DNA from: Eledone cirrhosa
Lineage: Eukaryota
Direction: 5' to 3'
Assembly: GCA_964016885.1 (NCBI GenBank)
Contig: OZ024740.1
Location: 115,134,001-115,198,000 of the forward strand
Length of the DNA: 64,000 nt
Both the position numbers and the translations under genes were made by a program. Positions 42,195-56,077 of the stretch are shown in pieces. Position 1 is the stretch's first letter. The number at the start of each line of letters is the position of its first letter. Below the pieces are notes generated by a model, which did no database searches, was not told where the DNA came from, and saw nothing but the letters and a program-made list of their open reading frames with translations.

Positions 42195-42582
42195 CAGCAG
42201 TAGCAGCAGCATTAGTAGTAGTAGTAGTTGTAATTATACGCAGATTGTGGATGATGTAAAATTTGTATAACAGAAAATAGTTGGAAATCTTGAGTAGAGT
42301 CTCTTTACCCTCTGAGATCAAATCCTAACAAAGCCTCATTTACCGTTCATGATCCTGAGTTTGAGAAAATAAAGTACCATTTATTTACTTGGATCTATGG
42401 CATCGACTATACAACACTCCAAACATAACCATTCCCGAAACCGAGGACCCAGCATTATCGTTTCCATCATTCAAATCCCGCCAAGGTTAACTTTGCCTTT
42501 CATCCTTATGGGGTCGATAAAATAAAGTACTAGTAATACACTGGTAAGTTGCTGGCCTTGTACCAAAAGTAGAAACAATTAT
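41665..42582 (+). mobile_element. Cluster of about four tRNA-SINE copies (Meta-like domain) with a (TAG)n tract
   Basis: TTTCATC.TTA.GGGGTCGATAAAATAAAGTAC at ~41765, ~41980, ~42500; degenerate copy at ~42350. Confidence 0.82.
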
Positions 42583-43130
42583 CGTTTCTATCATGTGACA
42601 ATATGCTGCTATACATAAATCTATGAATGCATGTTATTTTGTTTAAAATACCTCCATGCAAAAATATATTTCTATGCGTTTTTAAAATACATATTTCTAT
42701 TTATAAATTAAAATTTGCAACTAAGCCATGCAGAAGTGTTTAAGTGAATTCATGGCTCATGTTATTAGAAATTTGTCACATGTTAGCCAAGATTTTTCAT
42801 GTGTAACAAGACATTAGTAGTGATCTTAAGATATTTGTTGTTGCCTTTGTATTTATTTATTTTGGTAATGTAGTTTTACATATATATGTGTATGTGAGAG
42901 AGAGAAGGAGAGTGCGTGTATGTGTGTGTGTGTGTGTGTGTTTGCATGCGTTTGAGTGTGCTTATATATATATATATACATGTGTGTGTGTGAGTGTGCG
43001 TGTGTATATATATATATATATATAAGTATTAAGTTGTTAAACAATATTCGATGTTTATGTCAAAGAATGAGTTTTACAGTAGATTGGGAGCACTCAACAG
43101 TAATTAATTTTCAGGCGTTATTAATATATA

Positions 43131-43394
43131 AGTATTAATAAAATATATGTTCTTTTGATCAATTACATTTTATTATACATATTTCGGATGTACAACAGTA
43201 CGTCCTCATCAGACAAAATATAATGATACATGACATACCCTGAGATGTTAAATGGTTAAATTAAATCTTAACCATTTAACATCTCAGGGTATATCATGTA
43301 TCATTATATTTTGTCTGATGAGGACGTACTGTTGTACATCCGAAATATGTATAATAAAATGTAATTGATCAAAAGAACATATATTTTATTAATA

Positions 43395-43397
<3 letters not shown>
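43131..43397. repeat. Near-perfect palindrome (~128-bp arms) with a hammerhead in each arm
   Basis: 43131-43259 is the reverse complement of 43268-43397. Confidence 0.93.
43308..43360 (+). ncRNA. Hammerhead ribozyme motif (inverted twin 43167-43219, -)
   Basis: AUUUUGU CUGAUGA GGACGUAC UGUU GUACAUCC GAAA UAUGU AUA AUAAAAU; canonical G-C closing pair of stem II. Confidence 0.85.
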
Positions 43398-43440
<43 letters not shown>

Positions 43441-43505
43441 CACACACACGCACGTATGTGTATGTATATATTATTATTATTATTATTATTATTATTGTTA
43501 TTATT

Positions 43506-46500
43506 GGCGACCTACGTAGTAAATCGTATCATCGTGAGCTCCGCAAAGGTTTGTTATTTTCAGTTGTTTAAAAATGGCATTTATGGAAAATTTTTATTGT
43601 TAACTGTATATAAGTGCACATACATTGATTTCTGAAAAGGACACTCAAAAATTATTGGGGCCTTGATCCCAAAATTTAAACTTTTTATAATTATCAAACA
43701 AAACAAACTTCTTTGAAAAATCATGGACGACTCAGAGTCACTCCTTCCTCATACACTAACACCTCACACCGACACCACCATTGTAAATATTACTACGTTT
43801 GCCAACACTAAAAATATAATCAGTAGCAATATTTAAATTTGTCTTAGCCAGACATTCATTTCCCACCATTACCAATGACTGCAGGTGTTAAAGCCCCCCC
43901 CCCCCCCCCCGGAAGGAATTAGAAGAATCCAAAAGAATGGTAAAGAAAGATAGGTATAGGGTCAACCCCCCACCCCCACCCCCACCTAATAAAATGGAGC
44001 ACCGTCGCCTATGCACCGTGTCTTATCGGACAATTAACTTAAAATCGCGCCGAGTGGAACGGGCATCCGAGTCCCAAATCCAAAAAGCTTTCGGGACATG
44101 TGTGGGCTAAAAAAATACACATCAGACGTGGGCAGAAATATGGAACCGTGGACGTGTTCTTTGAAACACCACAGGAGGCCAGAGAACACTCCATGAATCC
44201 ATTAAGAAGTGACGACTTCACACTCGTCCCGAGCTATTGTGGCCAGAGACTTGTGAAGATCAGGGTGACCCACATTCCACCGGCCATCAAAATTCCCTGG
44301 CTAATGGCTGCCGTCCTCGCCGGCATCGAGGCCAACACCAAGATAATCTAAATAGCGAAAGAAAAGCAGGAGAACTGGTCTGGATCTGGGAGGGAGCTCC
44401 TGATCCAAGCGGACCATAAAAGCATTGAGGAGATCCCAGAGGTAATAGACCTCACTGACGGCAGCCACCTCACCGTAATCGTCGAGGGCAGAAGACCTAG
44501 GTGTGTCGTTTGTGGTGAAGGAACCCACCTAAGGGCTTTGTGCCCTCAGGCTGAAAGGTTGAGGCCAGCTCTCTTACCCACACCAGTGACTCAACCATCA
44601 ACACCACCAGCAGCAGAAATAGCAGCAACAACTGTAGCAGCAAAAACAGATGCAACTGTAACAGCAACAACGCCAGCAACAGTAGCAAAACCAACACCAC
44701 CACCACCCAACGCGCCAGAACTGGAACCAGCGCCTACACCATCCACCACGCCACAACCAAAACCAACGCCTGTGGAGGATTTTCCACTCCCCGGCTTATC
44801 GCAACTGGAGACAGATTGTGATGACGAGGAGCGGGAAACGGTATCAGGAAAAAAGAAAAAAAGAAACCAAAAAAGAAAAAATTCTCTTCCTTCCCCCTCC
44901 AAAAACAAAACACAGAGGGAAACAAATAAATTATCAAACAAAAAAGTTAGGACAGATATGCCACATCCACACCAGCATCACCAACCCCATCACCACAAAC
45001 ACCACCACCATTACCATCATTAACCCCAACACCACCATCACCAACACCACAAAAGTCACCAAAGAGCGTAACAGAAACAAACCCACAACAAACGCAAACA
45101 AAACAAAACAACCAAAACGATACACACTACACAGCATTAAATTTGAACAACAACCAATTATTACACTACATGCAACACAACACCAGCATCACAGAAAAAG
45201 AATACACAACAACCCAAAAGTTCACACCACCTCCACATATACAAATCACTCGCATCACACAGAAAACGTACACGACACTAAAACAAAAATTCCCCAAAGA
45301 TATCGGAGACTTCCAACAAACACTCTCCAGGAGGATTTATAAGGACATCCTCCTGGAGGAGGCCACAAGCAGTGAAAAGGATGGAGAAACGATCCTTGCT
45401 CTACGAGAAGTAAGGTAAGTGGTCTTTCCCATCTTTTCCACTACATTTCAACATGACCTCACTCAGAATAGGCAGCATAAATGCGCGTGGCTTCGGGTCG
45501 TCATGGAAGCAGGGCCACCTGCTCAACGACCTCAGGTCACTAAACATAGATGTAGTGGCCATCAGCGAGACCAGAATCTCCGAAGCCCAGGCCTTCGCAC
45601 CGATCTTCGGCGGCTACGATGTGTACGCATCTCCCAGCCGTCCGGGATCGGGGGGAGGAGTTGCTGTGCTTTTTCGGAGAGGTTTGGATCTCGCCATACG
45701 GGCCATCTTCCTGGACCCAGAAGGTAAGTTGGTGGTGCTAGACGTGACCAGCGGAGACGGGCAAGCTTTTAGGCTAGTCGCCGTCTATTCCCCGACAGAA
45801 GCAGGGCGGCCTGATTTCTTCCGGCGTCTGGAGACCTTTCTTGGAACGTCCCGCTCTTTAGTGTTAGTGGGCGACTGGAACGTGATCTTAGATGCACGCT
45901 GGGACTGTGTGGGATTAGTGGATAGGGCAGGAGGGTGCAAGAGCCTCACCAAACTGCTCAGGCGTTTTGAACTGTCTGACAGGTACCGATTGGATTTCCC
46001 GAATGTGCCAATGTGGATTGGACAAATCACATAGGGTCATCCAGATCATATCTAGATAGAGTATTTTGTAGGGAAATAGATAGGTCTAGCATAGGCTGTC
46101 CACAATTCAAGATAGTCAGCTACACGGACCACAAATTCGTGATATGTGTGCTTGACTTAGATAGGCTTCATAGACGAGGAGCCGGCTACTGGAAGCTAAA
46201 CGCGTCCTTACCAGCGCGCAAGGCCTACAGAGACCGGATAAGCGAACTAGTTAAGCGGGCGTTGACGGGGACCATCGTCAACAACAAGTGGTGGTTTGCT
46301 CTGTAAAGAGCAATTATAATAGAGTCCATTAGGTTTATTAAGGCTTTAGCAATAGAGAAAAATAGAGCAGAGGGAGAATTAGTTAGAAAATTAGACGAGG
46401 CGCTTAGCAAAGGCATCGCGACCGACGTACTTGCGGCAAAATTGGCCCTTGACCAATTCTTCAATGCAAAGCACGAAGGCTGCGTTGTCAGAGCTAGGGT

Positions 46501-48545
46501 GCGTGCTCTCAGACACGAGGGGACGAAAGCCGTTCAATGAGCCCGAGTGGCGGAGGCGCGTCGTGGCAACAAAGCCACAATCCGGTCTTTGGTGGACCAC
46601 GACGGGCGCATGCTACTTGATCCCGGGCAAATATGTGAAGCTTTTCAGCGACACCTTCGCTCAGCTGCTCGGAGGCAGCGGCGGGCCGCATCGAGGGATG
46701 GACTTTAGTGCCTACCTCGACGGACTGCCGCGGCTCTCGGCCACTGAGGCGGAGTGTTGCGAAAAGCTGATAACAGCCGCTGAAGAACGGGAGGCAATGA
46801 CTTACTGCACAAGGGGCAAATCGTCTGGTTTGGATGGTCTGCCCTATGAACTTTACGTACAGATGCCAGACTTGTTCGGAGGCCTCTTGGCGGACGTCTA
46901 CTGCAACTGGCAACAGAACGGAAGAATTCCCAGCTCTGTGAGACGAGGAGCTGTGAGCTGCTGAGAAAAGATCTGAACAAGGGTGATAACATAGATAATT
47001 TTATGCCCATAACTCTGCTAAACACAGAGTTCAAGATTTTGGCCAAGGTGCTAGCAAAGAGGTTGGTGCTTGTCGTTGGTGGTCTGGTGGGAGAGGCGCA
47101 GACATGCGCCATTCCCGACAGATCCATCCACGACAACCTCCACCTCATGCGATACATCGTAGAGAGGGTAGCTAGGGAACCTGGCACGGGTGGGTCCTTG
47201 ATCAATTTAGATCAGTCGAAAGCTTTCGATAGGGTCGACCATCGTTACCTAGCGGCAGTCCTGAGGGCGGCTGGCTTTGGGCCCGTCTTCAAAGGCTGGA
47301 TCGCTGCCATGCACAGCGACATCTGCTCTGTGGTGTGAGTGAACGGTCACCTTTCGGAACCGTTCAACATCATGCGCTCGATCCGCCAAGGATGTCCCCT
47401 CTCGTCCCTCTTGTACGTATTGACTCTCGAGCCATTACTGCACAAACTGGAGACGTTCGAGCCATTACTGCACAATCTGGAGACGTTGAGGGGGGTCCCG
47501 CGCGAACTAGGATGCGGAAGATCCGTGTCAGCATATGCGGACGATGTCACCGTAGTGGTGTCGAACGCCAAACACATCGAGGCGATCGGCACTACACTAA
47601 GAGTATACGAAGCGGTGACAGGAGCAATGATCAACCAGGAAAAGTCAGTGGGCCTGCAGCTCAGCACCTGGAGAGGCAGGTCTATGCCGTCCAACAGCGT
47701 CGTCGGGCGCTGGACGGACGGACCGGTTAAGTTGCTCGGGGTCTGGTTCGGTCCGAATCTCCAGACTGACAAAAACTGGGACGAGGTGACGAGCCGGGTG
47801 GCTTCTCTCACCCAGAAATGAGCGGAGAGGAAGCTATCCCTGAAAGGTCGAGCGGAGGTGGCTAACACGTATATCGCGTCCGTCATCTACTACCGCCTGA
47901 CCGTCGTACCTTGTCCTAAGCCCCGCCTGACTGCGCTGGAGCGTTTGCTCTTTCGCTTTTTGTGGAAGGGACGCGCTCCGATGGTCAGGCGGTCCATCTG
48001 CTGTCAACACCCGCTACGTGGAGGGCTGGGAATGCTGTGGCTGATGATGCGCAGACACGAATTCAGGCTACGACATCTCCACCTCTTCCTCGACGGTGAT
48101 CAGGTGTGGTCGCCGTTTGCTAGACGCGTCTTTCCCCAGCTCGTTTCCTTGACGGAGCTGCAGTCCTGGGTCAAGCGAAGACCAAGAGGGAGCGCTTGGA
48201 GACTGGAATGTCTTCAGGCGCTCACAGCCCTCGACCAATCGGGCAATGTGATCGGTGGAAACTCAACATTGGCTTTCTATAGAGGATTAGTGGAGGGGAA
48301 GAGCGACGACGTACTTGGGGAAACTCTAGGCGTCGACGAAAATCAATTAGCCAATCTCTTCGGAAGAACTTTCAGGCCGGGGCCTATAGACAACTTCCAG
48401 AAATCCCTGGCCTGGCAGTGCTACTGAGGAGCTCTGCCAGTTCGGGATAAACTCTACAGGCATGGAGGTGCCGCCAGCCGGGCATGTCCGAGATGCGCGC
48501 AGGGCGACGAAACCGTCCTGCACGTACTCGTCCAGTGTCCGAGCA
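43506..48545 (+). mobile_element. Tx1/L1-like LINE, long but mutated and 3'-truncated (5' boundary uncertain)
   Basis: ORF1 remnants with RRM-like GTVDVFFETPQEA and knuckle CVVCGEGTHLRALC; ORF2 with APE, RT and zf-RVT; begins after an (ATT)n tract. Confidence 0.88.
45453..48545 (+). pseudogene. ORF2: AP-endonuclease + reverse transcriptase, multiple stops and frameshifts
   Basis: IGSINARG, AISETR, LVGDWN, SYLDR, YTDH, YWKLN, GLDGLP, PITLLN, LDQSKAFDRVDH, IRQGCPLS, AYADDVT, GGLG. Confidence 0.92.
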
Positions 48546-48989
48546 TTGCTGACGAGCAGTGAGATTAAGTCCAAACTCATTGAACGTTTCTATCAATATA
48601 TATGTACTATTCATGATGGTCGACTAAAATATTCATAGGATGACCAAGATACTCTCAAGGAATGACTAAATGAGGTTTATTTTCAACATAGTCCTTGGAG
48701 AGAAACAATGAAGTTATTAATACGAAGAATTGAAATTAATTTCATAGCTCTGGCATCAATCCTTCATAGTCAGCCTATGAACCTTTCTGCCTACCTTCAT
48801 TTATATAATATTCCATGCCATCCTCGAACCCTTAGCACCTGATGGAAAAGTAAGGGCACCATCATGGCATTGGGGCATTTAAACTTGGTGGAGTCCATCT
48901 TTTTCCAGTTTTGAACAATTTCTTCTAGAGAAAGAGAGAAACAGAGTTGTGGAGGGTGTGATAAGGAGAGAATTAATAAAGAGAGAAAA

Positions 48990-49145
48990 GGAGAGAATCG
49001 ACCCCTGTTTAAGTCTAGTGCTTTATTAATTGATCTCGAAAGGATGTAAGGCAAAGTCGATCGTGGCCAGATTTGAACTCAAACACAGAGATCGAGAATG
49101 AAGACCACAAAGCATTCTATACGCCGTTATAAATGCCAATTTGCT
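48990..49145 (-). mobile_element. Degenerate tRNA-SINE
   Basis: GAAAGGATGTAAGGCAAAGTCGA...GATTTGAACTC. Confidence 0.65.
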
Positions 49146-49501
49146 GCATTTTCCGTTATATTTACCTATATTATATTCCTTCAACGAATTGAATTGCGAT
49201 TGTTCTTGCGAACAAATTATGAGTCAGACGTAGCTCTAACTATGCAACAAAATATTTTGCAGTTGTTTTAAGAATAACATAAAGAAATGCTTAGCATTTC
49301 TAAGGTTTTGCACATTTTAACTGGGAAAACGAATTAATTGAATTTAAATTAAATTCAACTTTTTGTATTTCTATGTAAATAATTGTAAATATACAATTGT
49401 ATATTTCTATAGCGTCTCGAGCAACAGAGATAACAAAACCAAAGAATATAATTATATATTCCAAATGATATTAATCACACACACGTGCTTATATATATAT
49501 G

Positions 49502-49592
<91 letters not shown>

Positions 49593-49916
49593 AGTGGAAG
49601 CTTAGTAAAGTCGAAGCTTTGGTTGTGGGCAAGCTAAGTCGACCTACAATAGGAATGAGTTAGCAAAGCACTCAATAAAGGTAGGTCCTTAGAGTAATAA
49701 CATACGTTTAAATAGCTTGGCAAATTGAACGTTGCGGTAGGCAAAACCTAACCACACAAAACCAAAGTAACGAAAAAACTAACAGGTTAAAAGATACACA
49801 TGGACAAATCAAACGATATACGTTTAAAGTGTTTCTATGAATCCGAAATCAGTTATCCAACTTACGTAACGGGCACGCTCGTGGTATTCCATGATCGAAC
49901 AGAGGATTCATTTTAT

Positions 49917-49979
<63 letters not shown>

Positions 49980-52900
49980 TTTAGGAATAACCAAAGAGTG
50001 CTTAGAAATACATTGTTTTATTTGCATTGTTTTATTTGCTAACTGTTTTATCCATACCCTATGGCAGGAATCATCAAAGCTTATAAATAAAAATATATCA
50101 AAGGTTGCAGGCTCCATCGAACTCAGTCACCAGAACAAGGATAAAGGACAATGAGGGGGGTCCCAAGGCCAGCGCTATATAGAAAAACACACAATACATG
50201 ACGCATATAATGTCATAAAAAATTACATCAAACGTTTATCACATAAATGGTGCAATAGATCATAAGGAGGTTGAGAGAGGATAGCAAGAAATGAGTGAGG
50301 GTGTTACTCAGCATGATCAAAGAACAACAAAAAACAAAACAAAGCATAGACGCATCAATTCACAAGCAGTGCAAATACAGGATGTCCAGGCAGAGTATGA
50401 AAGCTTGCAAGCATGAATAAGTGAAAAGAAAAGTTGGTTAGCTGTGGTGCAGCTTTACACGTAGGATTGTCTATAGGAAGGATGGTGGACTCCAGTTATA
50501 TCGCCTTGTAACAGGTCGATTTCTCCATATCATACCAACACCCTCCATCCATTGGTTCCAGTTCCAAGCGTTAAGCGATATAATACTATGTTTCTAAAAC
50601 ATACAGCCAGAGGATTTCTCCACATAGGTAGTCTGAAATAAACACCTTAAATCTAAAATAAAGTAAAGTCCAAATTAGGTGAAGTAAAGTAGGGCACATG
50701 TACTGCCGGCACTCCAGTGAAGAAAGTGAAAATAAAACAGGTCCGCAATATCTGCTATCTCCCAAAGTCCTCACATTCGGTCCCGCAACCCCACGTCCCA
50801 CGTGAAATACACTGTATGGCCGAGTCGGCATCGAACTAAAGTGCCACACCATATGTAAATATACCACAGTAAATGCTATTCGTGATGGCTAGTCAGTCGC
50901 GTAGACAGAAAGCGTATATAGAAAACTCCGCTCATGGAATTACCTATGGCAGAGTGAAGGAAAAGCAGTTATGGTTACATTAATAAGCGGGCTTATTAGA
51001 ATAAGTGTAAATTTCTGTTGTGTGTACTGTAGAAGATATAGTAAACTCACGGCTAAAACTGTTAATGACAACTATGAAGTTTACATGCCCGCCACGTGGT
51101 TTTCGTGTAGATTACTGAATCTGTAGGTTGTAATCCTTTTACAGTCGGGTATAACCCCTCCTGGGTCGACTGGAAATCAATATCAACCGCCGCACACTGC
51201 CTTGAATGTGGTTCTATAATTCATCATATTTGCAGCTGAATTCATATTCCACAATTTCAAAAGCTACTTTCTCCCTAATAACTCCCAACGGTTGTCAAAA
51301 TACAAACTCAGGAAGTCGTTGTGTGCTTATGAAAAGTATGGGAGGCAATTCGCGTCATAAAGGGCGGATTCATTAGATATCCCGGGGAAGCTTGGGGCAA
51401 AGCCATTGTTCGTTTCAAACCCTTTAGCGACCAATTACCCATTCCTTCTGGGGTTTGATTGATCCTGTGGCACTTAGTCCACTCGATCTGATCATATTGT
51501 TCACTATACTATGTTGGATCTATCTCACACCCTAAGGACAAGGCTATCTGGACCCAAGATGTCCAAGCCATCCGCCTTATAGCTGCGGCGGAGTTTGTTG
51601 GGCTTTCGACAAAGTATTAGGCTGTGCTATCAGTTAGCGCACAATGGGTATGTTTATAAACCATATCCCTTTGGTTAGTATGGGTAGGTGCCTGTATAGG
51701 GTCAAACTGTGCTAGGTATAGTGAAAAGCCTTAAGTAGGGTGTACCCTATGGGTTATTGGCTTAAGGTAAAAAGATGAATTAAGGTAAAAGAGGAAGAAA
51801 AAAATAAGAGAGAAGGAAAGAGAGAAAGAAAAGAGAAGAGGAGCTAATATACACTTGAAGGGCAGTTATGGTTACAGAGGAACCTGGATAAAGGGTGGCG
51901 TGGGTTTACGTAGGCTTTATAGAAGGGAAGTGTGCATGTCCTACAACGTTAGCTAATTGGTCTAAAGTAATAGAAGGTGCTAAGATTTATGCGCGTGCAA
52001 GAAGAGAATATTTCCGATTTCCTATTTAACAGGTTCAGTTTGGAGTATATTATGGCGTGTGACTCAGAGAGACAAAGGTTACAAGTCTTGCGAGGGGGTC
52101 TGTTCTACGATGATTTAGTGATAATTCTCCAATTAAGCGTGTATTGAATATTGGTATTCTTCAGTAGGGATATGTAACTAGCTAGGGATGTGGTATTCCT
52201 AAGTCTATCATGACTAAAAGTATAGCGATGGGAGTTGTATCTAGTCTTAAAGGAGGTCGATGTAGATCCTATATATGTTTTGGAAGAGGTCCGAGTTGTA
52301 ACTTCACAAGCGTAGACTATATTGTTTCAGGGGGCACTCCGCCTTTCGTCTGCAGTTACATTTGCGGTGTATGTCGCTCTGGAGTACAGGAGATGGTTGG
52401 TTTTCCGTATGTCTCTGATTTGGCAACCGTACATCAGATGTGTGGATAGTACTGCAGGGTAACGCCGCATCTGATCCATCTAGTGGCTGCAGATGCAATG
52501 GTATAGAAACCCTTTGTAATTTTTTTGTTGTTTGTTAGGGCTAGGTGACGAGCTAAATTTGGAGTGGTGGAGAATAATAGCTTAAATGCGTTTTTATTAA
52601 TGATGTTATGGTATTTACTACCGGTGGAAGTTTTTTTCCAAGATCGAAAAGAATGCCTTTGGTATATTGGTATATTGTAGACTACGTATGTGGAGAAATC
52701 CTCTGGCTGTATGTTTTGGAAACATGGTTTTATATCGCCTAACGCTTGGGAGTGGAACCAATAGATGGTGGATGTTGGTATGATATGGAGAATTCGACCT
52801 GTTACAAGGCGATATAACTGGAGTCCACCATCCTTCCTATAGACAATCCTACGTGTAAAGCTGCACCACAGTTAACCAACTTTTCTTTTCGCTGACTCAT

Positions 52901-53511
52901 GCTTGCAAGCTTTCATACTCTGCCAGTACATCCTGTATTTGCACTGCTTGTGAATTGATGTGTCTATGCTTTCTTTTGTTCATTTTGTTGTTCTTTGATC
53001 ATGCTGAGTAACACCCTCACTCATGTCTTGCTATCCTCTCTCAACCTCCATATGATCTATTGCACCATTTATGTGATAAACATTTGATGGAATTATATGC
53101 GTCATGTATTGTGTGTTTTTCTATATAGCGCTGGACTTTGGATCCCCCTTAATTGTCATTTATCCTTGTTTTGGTGACTGAGCTCGATGGAGCCTGCAAA
53201 CCTTTGATATATTTTTGTTTATAAGCTCTCATTCCTGCCATAGGGTATGGATGAAACACTTAGCAAATAAAACAATGTATTTCTAAGCACTCTTTGGTTA
53301 TTCCTAAACTTATAACGGCTCTGTAGTATACTAGTTATCCTACATTGAGCTAAAACCACACTGTCATACCAAGGGCAAAATATTTGTCAACATTAATATA
53401 CTTGTCAACGAAACTATAACGGCTCCCCTTGGGTTGAGCTAAAACTGTACATATATATGTATTGTTAATCTATACAGTTATAGTCGTACACTGGTGTATA
53501 AACTTGATAGT

Positions 53512-56077
53512 ATGCTAACCAATGACCATCTCCCTTTGTCACCCAAGACCATTCCCATCCCATCTAAGAATACCTACGAGAGGTTGCTCATAGCTAGCGT
53601 GAACTAATTTGTTAAAAGATTAAGGTGGCGTGATTTCCACTATGATAGGAATCGGGATAACCCTCAGCAAGCAGCCCGGGTGGTTAGGTATGAATTCAAG
53701 ACTTATAAGAGTCCACTGCATAATAGTAGTCTGGAGGGCTTTGAAAATGACCTACTAAACCTTGTGAGGTATATTAGATATAGGAATAAATGGCATAGAA
53801 AGAACCAATTCCGTAGTGATCTTAGCTCTATTATTAAGGGCTTCGGGGAAAATTATAGCATTCTCGTCCCCTCAGATAAAACAAAAAATATATATAACTT
53901 AGACTATAGGACCTACAGAAACTTCATATACAAGGAACTCCATAGAAATTATAAGAAAACTTCCTACGATAACCTAGACGAGATAAATAAGAAAGGGATT
54001 GAAATTGTTAAAATGCTGAATCTGGAAAGGTACACCCAATCGTCCACCTCTAAACAACCCAGATTCACACTGAAGGATCACAAAGAGGACTTTATTAGTA
54101 ACCCCACAATTAGGCTCATTAGACCCTCTAACTCTGACCTAATAATAAGCAAGAGAATTTTAGATGCCGTGATCCCTGTTATAAGAAGTAAAGTTTACCT
54201 TGACCTATAGGGTAATACGAAGGAGGTCATTAAATGGTTCTCAAGCATTAGTAACCATAATTCGCTGAAGTTCATCCAATTTGATATTAACTCCTACTAC
54301 ACTTCCATCTCTCCCATCCTTCTAAATAAGGCCCATATATTAGCTATGCAAAATAGTGACCTGACTAGATCCCAAATTGATATTATCCTTGCTGCCCAGA
54401 GAACTATCATCCTATTCGAGGAGCAACTTTGGGCCCAGAAGAACACGCCGAGTGACTTCAATATCACAATGGGGTCCCGTGATTCGGCACAGGTCGCTGA
54501 TTTGGTTGGACTATACTTCCTCCATGAACTACATAAGACATTCCCGCATCTCAGAGGGGGCCTGTACCGCGATGATGCCCTATTCACTATTGAATATAAA
54601 AAAAATAATATAGAAAGGACGAGAAAAGACCTACATAAATTCTTCATAAGCTTTAACCTTAGTATAACGATAGACATAAATAATAAAAGGGTTAACTTTC
54701 TAGACGTAACCCTGGACCTGGAAAATAAATACTTCTTACCTTATCACAAGCCAGATGAAATACTAACATACGTAGATACCAATTCCAACCACCCTAGATC
54801 CGTCCTAAATGCCATAATTAAAGGGGTATCCAATAGGATTAGCAGACTATCACATAATGAGGATGCATTTAGGTCTTAAGCAAGGTACTATAATAAGACA
54901 CTAGCAAAGTCCGGTTTTAGAGAAAAATATACTATATACCTAACAACTCCCAAGCCACCAGGGCCGGACCGTATAATGTAATCACGCACAATATGGCTTT
55001 GCCTAATAGAAGCAGACACAAAAATAGGAACAACATGGGTGCAGTAAGTGGCTCTGACCAAATCCAACCAGCTTCATCTAACACGCGTCCTCGGTGTAGT
55101 AATAATACTAACAGTAGGATAAAAGCTAGAAACTCGAGATACAATAGGAACGACAGGGAACCAGCAAACCCCTCCGGGTAAGGTTACCACCCCACGTTCT
55201 CTCTACCACAGAAGCTAGAGTGTCTACGCGCGGTGCTAACTCTTTCACCAGTACCAACAGTAGAAAAAATAGACGAAGATTAAAGTCCTACTTTAATCCA
55301 CCTTACAACTCGGAGGTATCAACCAATATACCAAAGGCATTCTTTTCGATCTTGCAAAAAACTTACCCGCTTCCCACACCTGTAGTAAATACCATGGCAT
55401 CGTTAATAAAAACACAGTTAAGCTATCATTCTCCAGCACTCCAAATTTAGCTTGCCACCTAGCCCTAACGAACAACAAAATTAGAAAGGGTTTCGATACC
55501 ATTGCATCTGCGGGACACCCGCAGCCGCTAGATGGACCAGATGCGGCGTTACCCTGCAGTACTATCCACACATCTGATGTACAGTTGCCAAATCAGAGAC
55601 ATGTGGAAAACCAACCATCTCCTGTACTGCTGAGTGACATACACAAGCAAATGTAACTGCAGACGAAAGGCGGAGTTCCCCCTGAAGGGGCTATGCCTTA
55701 TAAACAATATTGTCTACGCTTGTGACGTTACAACTCGGACCTCTTCCAAAACATATATAGGATCTACATCGACCTCCTTTAAGACTAGATACAACTCCCA
55801 TCGCTATACGTTTAGTCATGATAGACTTAGGAATACCACATCCCTAGCTAGTTACATATCCCTCCTGAAAAACACCAATTTTCAATACACGATTAATTGG
55901 AGAATTATCACTAAATCATCGTAGTACAGACCTCCTCGCAAGACTTGTAACCTTTGTCTCTCTGAGTCACACGCCATAATATACTCCAAACTGAACCTAT
56001 TAAATAGGAAATCAGAAATATTCTCTTCTTGCCCGCGCATAAATCTTAGCACCTATTACTTTAGACCAATTAGCTAA
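53512..56077 (+). pseudogene. PLE RT + C-terminal GIY-YIG ORF with stops and frameshifts
   Basis: KTIPIPS, KRLRW, PSDKTKNIY, TLKDHKEDF, FIQFDI, TMGSRDSA, GLYRDD, NFLDVT, SNHP, FNPPY, CNCR..CPL.G.C, IVY..TYIGST..FKTRY.SH, CNLC. Clade assignment is from recalled motif style. Confidence 0.9.

Noticed and set aside
47429-47488. 30-bp in-frame tandem duplication in the Tx1 RT
   Set aside because: Real, but most simply a post-insertion mutation in a dead copy.
53512-56077. Naiad-type or selenoprotein-encoding PLE
   Set aside because: GIY-YIG is C-terminal, the Cys-motif codons are not TGA, the stops I checked are TAA/TAG, and no SECIS is supportable.
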